NCBI GenBank assembly: GCA_965215265.1
Contig: OZ244048.1
Coordinates: 4,160,001 to 4,224,000 of the forward strand
Direction of reading: 5' to 3'
Length of the DNA stretch: 64,000 bases
Source: Candidatus Poribacteria bacterium
GTDB taxonomy: Bacteria; Poribacteria; WGA-4E; WGA-3G
The notes under the pieces are model-generated. The model was not told the origin of the DNA, made no database searches, and saw only the letters and a list, made by a program, of their open reading frames with translations. Shown here in pieces: positions 53,724 through 63,054 of the stretch (the first letter of the stretch is position 1; each line of letters opens with the position of its first letter). Made by a program: the position numbers and the translations under genes.

Positions 53724-55163
53724 ATGCCTACCAATATTCACGAAGAAACCAATCTCTGTCTAACGAGGCGGACGTTTTTAGGGAAAACGGTGCGAAGTGT
53801 CGGCTCACTGGCATTAGGCTCCTTGCTTATGCCATCGCTACTCAATGCCGTCCCACAGATTGAACGATGGCCAGGAATCATTACTGAACCCCACGTAACA
53901 CCGAAGGCGAAACGCGTGATTCATCTCTGCATGGCAGGAGGGCCATCGCACTTGGAAACCTTGGATTACAAGCCGAAGTTGGCAGAGATGCACGGGAAGC
54001 CGATGCCAGAGTCGTTCACGAAAGGCCAACCGATCGCCCAACTCCAAGGACAGGCAAATTCCCTCAAATGCTTAGGCCCCACACATGAATTCAAAAAGTG
54101 GGGCGCATCCGGGCAAGAGATGAGCACAGCGTTTCCACACATTGGGGGACTCGCAGACGATATTTGCATTGTACGCTCGCTGCAAACTGAGCAGATTAAT
54201 CACGACCCGGCCCATACTTTTATGAATACAGGCACGGCAATCTCTGGCAGACCTAGCATGGGCTCTTGGTTGCTTTACGGACTGGGCAGCGAAAATGAGA
54301 ACCTGCCGGGCTATGTTGTACTGATATCCTCCGGCGGTGGACAAGATCAGCCGATTGCAACGCGACAGTGGCATAGCGGATTTCTACCCGGGCAGTTTCA
54401 AGGGGTGCAATTTCATTCCACCGGAGACCCAGTACATTATGTCACCAACCCTGATGGCGTGAACACAGAACAGCAGCGCGATGTTGTCGATGCTGTCCAA
54501 ACGTTGAATAGCATCTTTGATGAAACAGTAGACGATCCGGCAATCGCCACACGTATTAGTCAATATGAGATGGCATTCCGCATGCAGACAAGCGTGCCGG
54601 AGTTGACTGACATCTCCAAAGAACCGCAGCACGTTCTTGATATGTACGGGGCGACACCAGGCGACGGTTCTTACGCGTCCAACTGTCTGCTTGCACGCAG
54701 ACTTGCAGAACGCGGGGTCCGCTTTATTCAACTTTACCACCGCGGCTGGGACCATCACGGCGGTATTGAAAACGCTATCAAAACAACCGCAGGATACGTC
54801 GATAAGGCAACCGCCGCACTTCTCAACGAGCTAAAACAGCGCAGCATGTTGGACGAAACTTTGGTCATTTGGGGAGGCGAATTCGGAAGAACCCCAATGG
54901 CACAAGGCACCGGACGCGACCATCACATCCGTGGATTCTCTATGTGGATGGCCGGCGGAGGTACCAAGGGCGGTATCAGCTACGGCAATACCGACGAGTT
55001 AGGGTATAATGCCGTTGAAAACATTGTCCATGTTCACGACTTCCATGCCACAATGCTGCATCTCTTGGGTATCAACCATGAAAAACTGACCTATCGTTTC
55101 CAAGGACGAGATTTCCGTCTCACCGATGTCCATGGACATGTCGTACACGATATTTTGGCTTAA
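53724..55163 (+). CDS. DUF1501 domain protein (Tat signal)
   Basis: TRRTFL; AKRVIHL.MAGGPS, CLLARRL.ERGVRF, WDHH, GEFGRTP, RLTDVHG. Confidence 0.9.
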   Translation: MPTNIHEETNLCLTRRTFLGKTVRSVGSLALGSLLMPSLLNAVPQIERWPGIITEPHVTPKAKRVIHLCMAGGPSHLETLDYKPKLAEMHGKPMPESFTKGQPIAQLQGQANSLKCLGPTHEFKKWGASGQEMSTAFPHIGGLADDICIVRSLQTEQINHDPAHTFMNTGTAISGRPSMGSWLLYGLGSENENLPGYVVLISSGGGQDQPIATRQWHSGFLPGQFQGVQFHSTGDPVHYVTNPDGVNTEQQRDVVDAVQTLNSIFDETVDDPAIATRISQYEMAFRMQTSVPELTDISKEPQHVLDMYGATPGDGSYASNCLLARRLAERGVRFIQLYHRGWDHHGGIENAIKTTAGYVDKATAALLNELKQRSMLDETLVIWGGEFGRTPMAQGTGRDHHIRGFSMWMAGGGTKGGISYGNTDELGYNAVENIVHVHDFHATMLHLLGINHEKLTYRFQGRDFRLTDVHGHVVHDILA

Positions 55164-55304
55164 ATTAACAACAATTTAAATCGTACCTGATTTGAGCGGT
55201 TTTCCGATTCACCTGAGCCAATTGTCAGTAAATAGAGAAATCCGCTTTCATGCAGGGATCCGCGGGAGGTTGAGGAGCTGGTATTGCGAAAGTTGCAGGA
55301 AGAA

Positions 55305-55470
55305 GATGAGGTTTAGAGTCAATACATCAAACGGCTCCCAGTGGGTGGCAGGTAAAAGGTTATCTTGTCTCTCCTTTCAGGAGAGACAAAGAATACCTAT
55401 CCTGCCACTGACGAGATTTACCTATAAGACACCGTGACATCAGTGATGATGGTACGGAGATATACAAAAA
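55305..55470 (+). repeat. modular element right arm with nested second palindrome
   Basis: GTGGCAGG...TCTTGTCTCTCCT-TTC-AGGAGAGACAAAGA...CCTGCCAC, then GACGAGATTTAC...GTACGGAGATATACAAAA. Confidence 0.75.
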
Positions 55471-55491
55471 ATGCAAGGAGGTTAAGGTAAC

Positions 55492-56214
55492 ATGCGTTAC
55501 GTAATCTATTTAATGTTGATTTTGTCTATTGGCACTGTCTCTGCCGAGATTCTGTTTCAAGATGATTTTGAGAGTAATGAGATTGACGAGTCTAAATGGG
55601 AAGCACTAGCCACTTGGATAATTGAGGACAATGCCGATGAGCATGATGTACTAGGCGCGAAAGTCCTTGACGTATGGGGCGGCGGTGTCGGACTCAGCGT
55701 TGATGAATTCCCAGAAGAATTTGACTATTACGCCGATTTCAAAACTATGGATGCCGGGCTCACCGGCTTTGTCTTTCATGGCGAAGACGGCGATAATATT
55801 TACATGCACCAGGTCTCAACGGCAGGCTCTGGTCATACACCTCAACATATCCGATGGCACAGAAGAGTGGGCGGCTCCTGGGCAGCAGAACCGGGCGCGT
55901 TTACCGATGGCGTAGACCGGGAGCAGGATGTCTGGTATCGGATTAAGTTTGAGGTTCGCACCGGCCACAATTTTAAGGCGTATATCGGTACCGTCGGGGC
56001 AAGCGTTGGCGAGCTCAGCCTCGTTAGCGAATGGACCGATTCGGAAAGTGCACATACAGACGGAAAAATAGGGTTCCGGATGAGCGGCGGCGATCGGGCC
56101 GGTGAACACGCGCAATACGATAACGTCCTGGTTGTAACCCCGAATTTTGACATCACGCCCGTTGAACCAAAGGAGAAACTCGCAGTGATGTGGGGCACCC
56201 TGAAATCCAAATGA
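55492..56214 (+). CDS. secreted DUF1080-like beta-jelly-roll protein
   Basis: Signal peptide; LFQDDFE; WYRIK; GKIGFR; YDNV; C-terminus PVEPKEKLAVMWGTLK. Confidence 0.7.
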   Translation: MRYVIYLMLILSIGTVSAEILFQDDFESNEIDESKWEALATWIIEDNADEHDVLGAKVLDVWGGGVGLSVDEFPEEFDYYADFKTMDAGLTGFVFHGEDGDNIYMHQVSTAGSGHTPQHIRWHRRVGGSWAAEPGAFTDGVDREQDVWYRIKFEVRTGHNFKAYIGTVGASVGELSLVSEWTDSESAHTDGKIGFRMSGGDRAGEHAQYDNVLVVTPNFDITPVEPKEKLAVMWGTLKSK

Positions 56215-57218
56215 AACCCCAGCACCCTTTAGCTATAGGCATCATCGGAGCAGGTGCGATGGGTAACTCCCATCACGCAGCGATTGTCGACTACGGTGCA
56301 ACCGTTGTCGCAGTTCACGATATCGTACCTGAAGCAGTACAACAATTGGCAACAGTTGCGGGTGCTGAAATTGCCACGGACGACTTAGATGCCTTTTTTG
56401 AAGTGGAGTTGGATGGCGTAGTTATTACCACGCCACCGCCCGTTCGATTCGAACCCATCCGATTGGCTTGTGAACGCGGCATCCCCCTCATGGTTGAAAA
56501 ACCACCGGCACTGAATATGAAAGACGGGCGGCGATGCCTCGCATCCATTCAGAAGACGAATCTACTCACAGCAGTCGGTTTCCAACTCCGCTATCATCCA
56601 CTCTATGAACAACTTAAAGACTTAATTGCTGCAGAAACTGTTCACTTAGTACGGACAGTATGCACAGTTGATTACTACCATAGCTTCCGCATGTCTCCGT
56701 GGTTCCTACAGTCGGAAATTAGCGGAGGCCCTTTGCCCGAACAAGCAATTCATGTACTAGACTGTGCACGGTTCATCATGGGAAACCCCAAACCCATTCA
56801 GGCACACGCCTTAGCCACCAAGAATATGGCGTTGGAACGGACCGAATTTGATGCCGAAAATGCCATCCAGATGACTTACGAATTAGACAACGGCGTTTTT
56901 GGAACACACATGAACCATTGCGGCACAGAACGCTTTAGTTTTGATATTGAAATTGTCGGACCGCATCTGCGATTACAAGCAAATATGACCAGCAATCGTA
57001 TTGTCGGATATCTCAACGGACAAGAGCTCAATAAACCTGCCCCGACTCAAAACAGTGTAGGCTTGGATAAAACAGGCACGTGGTTACGTGCGATTGAGAC
57101 CGGAGACCGCTCGCTCATCCGATCTGATTTCACCGATGCGCTTCACACATTAGCACTCATCGACGCAGCCGTCAAAAGCCGCGGCACCGGAAAATTTATT
57201 CACGTGGAGGAACTGTAA
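56211..57218 (+). CDS. Gfo/Idh/MocA family oxidoreductase
   Basis: IIGAGAMG, VEKP, SGGPLPEQAIH.LD; ATG overlaps upstream TGA. Confidence 0.9.
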   Translation: MKPQHPLAIGIIGAGAMGNSHHAAIVDYGATVVAVHDIVPEAVQQLATVAGAEIATDDLDAFFEVELDGVVITTPPPVRFEPIRLACERGIPLMVEKPPALNMKDGRRCLASIQKTNLLTAVGFQLRYHPLYEQLKDLIAAETVHLVRTVCTVDYYHSFRMSPWFLQSEISGGPLPEQAIHVLDCARFIMGNPKPIQAHALATKNMALERTEFDAENAIQMTYELDNGVFGTHMNHCGTERFSFDIEIVGPHLRLQANMTSNRIVGYLNGQELNKPAPTQNSVGLDKTGTWLRAIETGDRSLIRSDFTDALHTLALIDAAVKSRGTGKFIHVEEL

Positions 57219-57562
57219 TGGCACGGATTAATTGGATGTATTTTCGGAACAACTGAACTTCTTGCCGAAAAGCGCAGGAGGTTCTTGACGCAAACAACTT
57301 TAAAGTGGAAACACGGACAAATGCCCGGAAGGAAAAACTGGATGCAACGGCTACGTGGGAATTACTCCACAATGCCACGGAAATTACTGTCGCCAAAGGT
57401 AAGCGGATTGAAACGTTTATCCCAACACCGGATTCACAAGAAGCAATCCTGAAAGCGGTTATGGGACGCAGCGGTAACTTGCGCGCCCCAACGGTGCAAA
57501 TAGCCAATGCCTTTTTTGTCGGTTTCAACGAAGCACTCTATACAGAAGCAACACTGCTTTAA
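57218..57562 (+). CDS. ArsC-family selenoprotein, Sec at 57254-57256
   Basis: GGAGG then ATG overlapping the upstream TAA; MARINWMYFRNN-TGA-TSCRKAQEVL in frame with ORF 57305..57562 (GRSGNLRAPT...VGFN). Confidence 0.85.
57257..57291 (+). promoter_or_regulatory. putative SECIS element
   Basis: GCG-CAGGA-GGT-TCTTG-A-CGC hairpin with GGT loop 23 nt after the TGA. Confidence 0.55.
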
Positions 57563-57635
57563 TCTCACTTTGCTCGAGCCGGAATAACCAAGGCAATATC
57601 AGAAAATTCGATTCTAGGCAGAAGGAAAGCAACTT

Positions 57636-58424
57636 ATGGCAATAAATAAAATTCTGATTACCGGGGCGTGTGGATATCTGGCACGGTTTATCGTAGAACG
57701 GTTGCAAAGTCCATATCAGTTAACATTAGCAGACATAGTCGAACCGCCTCAGCAGTTTAGCAATACCCGTTTTATCAAAACCGATGTTACGAAAGCCGCT
57801 GAAATTGAAGAGGCGTGCATCGATCAAGATGCTGTTATCCACCTCGTTGCACTGGTGCGAGAACGGCACGGCAAACCCGCATCGCTATTTGCAGATGTCA
57901 TGGTTAAAGGCACTTGGAATGTTGCTGAAGCGTGTATCAAACGTGGCGTGCAAAAACTGATTAATATCTCTAGTATTTCGGCATGCCATCCTATCCCTGG
58001 CGGAAAATTGCCGTATCAAGTTGGCGATGAATTCCATTTTGGCATCGGGGATTTATACTATTCACTCGCGAAACACCTCGGCGAACAGATCGGCTTGGCG
58101 TACCATCAAGCACACGGATTGAACGTTATTCACATCCGTCCCGGTGTCATCGCAGGGGATGGACACAACCCCGGTCCTTCGCCACCTGATATTGTAACGG
58201 AACCGTGGTTTGTTTACGTGCATCCTAGGGATATCGCGCAGTGCGTAGCGTGTGCAATTGAAACCGAAACGGTGAGATATGGCACTTATAACGCTGTTGC
58301 AGGGCGCACAGACTCGCGCTTTGATTGGAAACAGGCAAATCAGGAACTCGGATATTCTCCACAACACAATTGGCCAGAAATCCCTGACAAAGACAAGCAT
58401 TCGTCTACTGCAGCACAACAATGA
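57636..58424 (+). CDS. NAD-dependent epimerase/dehydratase (uronate dehydrogenase-like SDR)
   Basis: ITGACGYLA, YSLAK (YxxxK); last codons supplied by the repeat element terminus. Confidence 0.85.
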   Translation: MAINKILITGACGYLARFIVERLQSPYQLTLADIVEPPQQFSNTRFIKTDVTKAAEIEEACIDQDAVIHLVALVRERHGKPASLFADVMVKGTWNVAEACIKRGVQKLINISSISACHPIPGGKLPYQVGDEFHFGIGDLYYSLAKHLGEQIGLAYHQAHGLNVIHIRPGVIAGDGHNPGPSPPDIVTEPWFVYVHPRDIAQCVACAIETETVRYGTYNAVAGRTDSRFDWKQANQELGYSPQHNWPEIPDKDKHSSTAAQQ

Positions 58425-58817
58425 TTGCTGTTCCACAACATACGCCTTTATCGTGCTACCGTATACTAATATTTATTTGTGCAGGCTTCCTTGCTTTTAG
58501 CAAGCAACTCCTTTTGTTAAACAAGCAAAAGCATTGAAATTTTCGGCAATGCAGACTAAAAATCCCCCCCGATACAAGGCTGCTGCTCTTTCGTCTACAG
58601 ATGCCCCATAAAGGCGGCTGCTATGTTAATAACTTTACAAATCTCGCCAGAGCCGTTTATGTCTACGATTTTAAAGACATTACCTAGTTAACCTCCGACG
58701 AGATTTACATCGGATTTAACAATACATAACCCTTGATGGGGCTGAAATATACAAAAAAACGAGATTTATACAGTACTGAATACAACATAAACCTTTACGG
58801 TACGGAGATAGACAAAG
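58400..58817 (+). repeat. modular palindromic intergenic element (interrupted)
   Basis: TTCGTCTACTGCAGCAC inside the gene end; AAATCTCGCCAGAG...GACGAGATTT...GTACGGAGATAGACAAA then GAGG RBS. Confidence 0.8.
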
Positions 58818-58828
58818 AGGCAATTTAG

Positions 58829-59848
58829 ATGACAAACCTAAAAAAAGAGCATAAACGCACCATTGGACGTTACTATACCCGCGGAAATCCGTTTCAATTA
58901 GAGCCTTTCCGTGCATGGGCAGCGGAACTTAACTTAGCACAACGTACCGTTTTAGAACCGTTTGCCGGTGAAAACAGCATCCCACAGTTAATGAATCAAG
59001 CACAGTTTCAGTGTCGAGAATGGGCACTTTTTGACGTAGAACCGGGGACAAAGAGGGTTCAGCAACGCGACACACTCGCCGACTTCCCAAAAGGATTTGA
59101 CATCTGTATCACGAATCCACCTTGGCTCGCACGTAACTCAGCAACGCGCCGAGGCCTGTCTTTTCCAAAGGCTACCCACTACGACGATCTCTACAAATAC
59201 GCCCTAGAGCAGTGTTTAGCACATTGTGACTGGATAGCTGTGATCATCCCAGAGGCATTCATCCGGAGTGGACTATTTCTTCACCGTTTACGTGATTTCA
59301 TCTCCTTGGTTCCGTTATCACCTAATAGCGAGTTTATGTTTGAAGAGACAGAACATCCAGTCGGACTTGCACTGTTCGCCCCTTACAGAACATCCGATGT
59401 CAGAGTGTGGCGCAACAATCAGTTCCTTGGCAGCCTTCAGGAACTCCGTGTACATCTCCCTATGCCCTCTGCCAATCGTTCCATCCGATTCAATGAACCA
59501 AGTGGAAATCTCGGACTCATCGCAATTGATAACACCTTTTCCGCCTCCATCCGTTTCTGTATTCCCGCAGAGTTAGGGGGGTACCCTATCCGTTATCAGG
59601 GGCGTTTAATTACAAAGATTGACGCACCATGGCGGATAGATGTGGACCAGCTCAATGCAGACTTGGCGACAATTCGGGAGAAAACCCATGATGTCTTCCT
59701 AACCGCTTTCAAAGGGGTACGCCGTGATGGGCAGTACCGGCGACGGTTGGATTGGGCATTGGCACGGGCTATCGTGGATAGAGCGCAGCCACAACTGAAA
59801 CTGCAGCACAGTACCCCTAGAGAACAGCAAAATTCTCTGGATTTATAA
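58829..59848 (+). CDS. orphan amino-DNA methyltransferase-like protein
   Basis: GRYYT, LEPFAG (motif I), ITNPPW (motif IV), IIPE.F. Confidence 0.7.
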   Translation: MTNLKKEHKRTIGRYYTRGNPFQLEPFRAWAAELNLAQRTVLEPFAGENSIPQLMNQAQFQCREWALFDVEPGTKRVQQRDTLADFPKGFDICITNPPWLARNSATRRGLSFPKATHYDDLYKYALEQCLAHCDWIAVIIPEAFIRSGLFLHRLRDFISLVPLSPNSEFMFEETEHPVGLALFAPYRTSDVRVWRNNQFLGSLQELRVHLPMPSANRSIRFNEPSGNLGLIAIDNTFSASIRFCIPAELGGYPIRYQGRLITKIDAPWRIDVDQLNADLATIREKTHDVFLTAFKGVRRDGQYRRRLDWALARAIVDRAQPQLKLQHSTPREQQNSLDL

Positions 59849-60142
59849 AGAAACTACGGATATAATAAGTCAACATAGTTTCAAAACAAAAAGATAAAAC
59901 GTGTTAAAACACTTAACCTGCCTTATCCTCTCCATCGCAGTATTCACCGTATCAGGGTGCATTCCTGGTGACGGAAAACATAAGTCATAATGTCTTTATA
60001 GATTTTTATTAACCTAGATGGAATTATTAGCACGTAGAAATAAATTGGTACCAACTCACGCATGTGATAGAATTAACGTAGGTAAAGATTAGCTCGTCAA
60101 GAAAATAGAACTCTACCTTGCTATATTCCGCATATTTTTAAT

Positions 60143-60171
60143 TTGACAAACACTTCTTTTTGAGATATAAT
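60143..60171 (+). promoter_or_regulatory. consensus sigma70 promoter
   Basis: TTGACA-N17-TATAAT about 280 nt upstream of the LRR gene. Confidence 0.7.
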
Positions 60172-60448
60172 TAAATTAAAGAACCCTTTGCAGGGTTAGA
60201 AGAGAGCAAAAGTGTTCTTTAAAAGTGAAAGAATGAGTTGACGTGCCCGTTGAGAGTTTGTGAATGCACTTCATTTTTTGGAAAGGGATTCACAAACACG
60301 ATTTCATTTCCTTGAACACCTGTGTGCACGTCTGACGAATTGGCAAAAAAGGTTGAAAACGTAGTCTGTTCGGAAACTTAGTCCGAACTATAAAGTCAAG
60401 TAAAGTTTATTCCGTAACGGGATAAAGAATAACAAGGAGTTAGATAAG

Positions 60449-62228
60449 ATGAAGAGAAGAATGCACCCCCCCCCTATGTATGTTAAGTGTTTTGGTTCTA
60501 TTCTTAATCGCTGGGCTCTGCATGCCGTCCCACGTACAGGCAGATGCAGCAGATCAGGATCGCCCGACAATAGCAGCAGATGGATATGAGATAGTTGAGA
60601 CCCGCACTAACCCCGCGGGGCATGCTCTTTATACGCATGTTCGCCAAGGGGCTTTTGAAGCTATGCCAGGTTGGGGGGATGTAAGGGCTACCCTAGACCG
60701 AGAGCGTTGGAGAGTCGATGCGAAAAGAAGGGAGGCACAGGCCACATTGGCAGGGCTTGTAAATGCGGAGACCGGTTATACTACTGCTAACGAGGTAGCT
60801 TGGGATGACGCTAGAATGGCTCGACAGTACGGGCCAGGTGATACGATTAAAATTCGCGTGAAGTTCACCAGGCCGGTGATAATCCATCAGGATACGAAAT
60901 TAATCATATGGCTGGGCCGTAATGTACCCATGGACATAGACACAGCGGTGCATGATGAAGCCAAAGTCGCTCTCAATCCTGATACTGACAATCTGGGAGA
61001 TGTATTTATAAAGAGCGTCGATGAAAGTGGTAATATTAGCAATACATCCGCGAATAACGTTTATGTCACCTTTGAATACACGGTACAAGAGGGTGACATC
61101 AGGGTACAAGGTATAGAGATGTTTGCCTGGGATGCGCCCTTTTATCGCGACGCCAATAGGGATGGTACGTTCCACAAGGACGATGAGAGGCAGGGTGAGG
61201 GTTTCAAATTGATTTATTCGGCAGCAGATAACACCCATCTCTATGTGCGTTTGGGAGTGCCCCACGTAAGGGGCACACAAGATGGCAATAATCCCTTTCC
61301 GGGTACCGCCCCCGGAGGAGACTATTTCGGTGCTTTCGTGTGGCCTATCCTTCCTGAGGTTTCTGGTGGATTTACCTACCTTGGTCAATCGCTTGCGAAT
61401 GGACGCCTTGATCCAGATGAGACGGATCCTAATCTTTATGCGGTAGATACGTTTCGAGCCGAGACAGTCGTCACCCACATCGTTGACGGCATCGGTGCCA
61501 GACGCTCACCGCTCAAAAACACAGATCATCCAACAATTGGCGATGCCGTAGCGGAGCAAACCGGTGCGTTTGATATAGAAATCAAGTTCACTAATTCTGG
61601 TGAGGGCGCGGAACAACCGAACAGCGATACCTTTGGTGCGGCTAAGATTCTGCTCGCTGGTGAAGACGTGGAGCGCGCTGATTGGACGATCTCCGATGCG
61701 GCATTTTATGGCTTGGATGCGGTTGCCACCGAGGGGGATCCTTTTGCCGGTGAGATAAAACACAGTGCGGCCTATACAGTCTATCGTGCGACGATTACCC
61801 CGCCTGCTAATTTTGATGGGAATGTAGTGATATCGATTGCTGAAGGCGCTATTACAGATCTTGCCGGTAACACGAGCAAGGCCTCCGATGTCGAGTCCGT
61901 CCTTGGGAGTACGCTGACGGTGCCTGTAAATACAGTCGTCGAGGTGAACATTCCGGATGAGACGCTCCGTGCGAAAATAGAGGAGACACTCAACATCTCC
62001 GCGGGGACGGCTGTGACCTCGGTAGATATGCTAGGCTTGACAAGCCTCGATTTAAGTGGCTCAGCCGTTAGGGATCTGACAGGACTTGAATACGCCACCA
62101 ACTTGGAAGAGCTGGATCTTGGGGGTACGCAAGTAGAGGATGTCTCGCCTCTGTCAAACCTCACCAACTTGAGAGTGCTGGATCTCAGTGATACACAAGT
62201 GTCGGATATCTCGCCGCTGGCAAATTAA
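60449..62228 (+). CDS. secreted Ig-like / internalin-type LRR protein; probable true start is out of frame across C9 tract 60466-60474
   Basis: AAGGAG-ATG at 60449; removing one C gives MKRRMHPPLCMLSVLVLFLIAGLCMPSHVQA signal peptide; DLAGN Ig-like motif; IPD..LR and LTGLEYATNL..L.L LRRs. Confidence 0.75.
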
Positions 62229-62424
62229 CATGGAGGTAAAGTCGTGTTAGAATCAGGCGTTTCGGACACCGGTCGCACCTCTGGCCACTTCACTTCCCTG
62301 ATGCACGTGTCATCAACCTGCGGTGCGAGAGTGCTTATCGCGATAAACTGGACTGGGAACGGCGTTCGCCAGTGCAAGCCATCACCGCAGTGAGCTCTAA
62401 GTTAAACTAAACTAAACTAAACTA

Positions 62425-62468
62425 ACCAGGGGCAGCCACCCTCACAAGTGGCTGCCCCTGGTTTTTTT
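62425..62468 (+). terminator. rho-independent terminator
   Basis: CCAGGGGCAGCCAC-loop-GTGGCTGCCCCTGG-TTTTTTT, preceded by (AAACT)n microsatellite. Confidence 0.85.
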
Positions 62469-62541
62469 GCTTTGGATAGATGGCTCTGCTTTTGTGCCGG
62501 AAAATCCGATGCCCTGGTGCGAGTCAAAACAGGTTCGATTG

Positions 62542-62571
62542 TTGACAAAAAAGCATCGATGCGGCTATACT
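62542..62571 (+). promoter_or_regulatory. sigma70-like promoter
   Basis: TTGACA-N18-TATACT. Confidence 0.5.
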
Positions 62572-62602
62572 ATGAAGTAAAGAGACTCAGGAGGGGTGAG
62601 TT

Positions 62603-62926
62603 ATGCCCAGAGCCGAGGATGAAAAACCGCGCGGTGTCCGGGCGGCCTATGATGCGTGCTTCAAACAGAATCTCAACGCGCAGCTCGGAGAGAGACTCGG
62701 CCTGCCGATATAGGCAGAACTCGCCGTCAGCTGCTTGTCTCTCACGATAGACATCGGCGTGATTTTGCGAGACACCGCCTGGAGCGAAACCCGCCGGATT
62801 CTTTTGGGGAATTTGGCACGGTTGGCTCGCCCCTATATCGCTAATATGGAGTTGATTCAAATATCCGCCTTTATGAACAGAACAACACCGGGTGGTGGTA
62901 CGACTTCGGATTTTACATGGCAGTGA
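62603..62926 (+). pseudogene. degenerate gene remnant, possibly PD-(D/E)XK/Rpn-like N-terminus
   Basis: GGAGG RBS; MPRAEDEK...YDACFKQ...LPI-TAG(62711)-AELAV...TIDIGVI in the same frame. Confidence 0.4.
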
Positions 62927-63054
62927 TTAGCGGCTTCGGCGGCATCTCCCTTTCGCGGCGTAAACGCAAAGAGACGACTTCCTGAACAACTACAGTATAT
63001 AACTTATATGCATTAAGGCATCAAAAAACCATATCGATAGAGGGGGTATACCCT

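Noticed and set aside
62711-62713. In-frame TAG as pyrrolysine or readthrough
   Set aside because: Surrounding frame is short and looks degenerate; a pseudogene is the simpler explanation.
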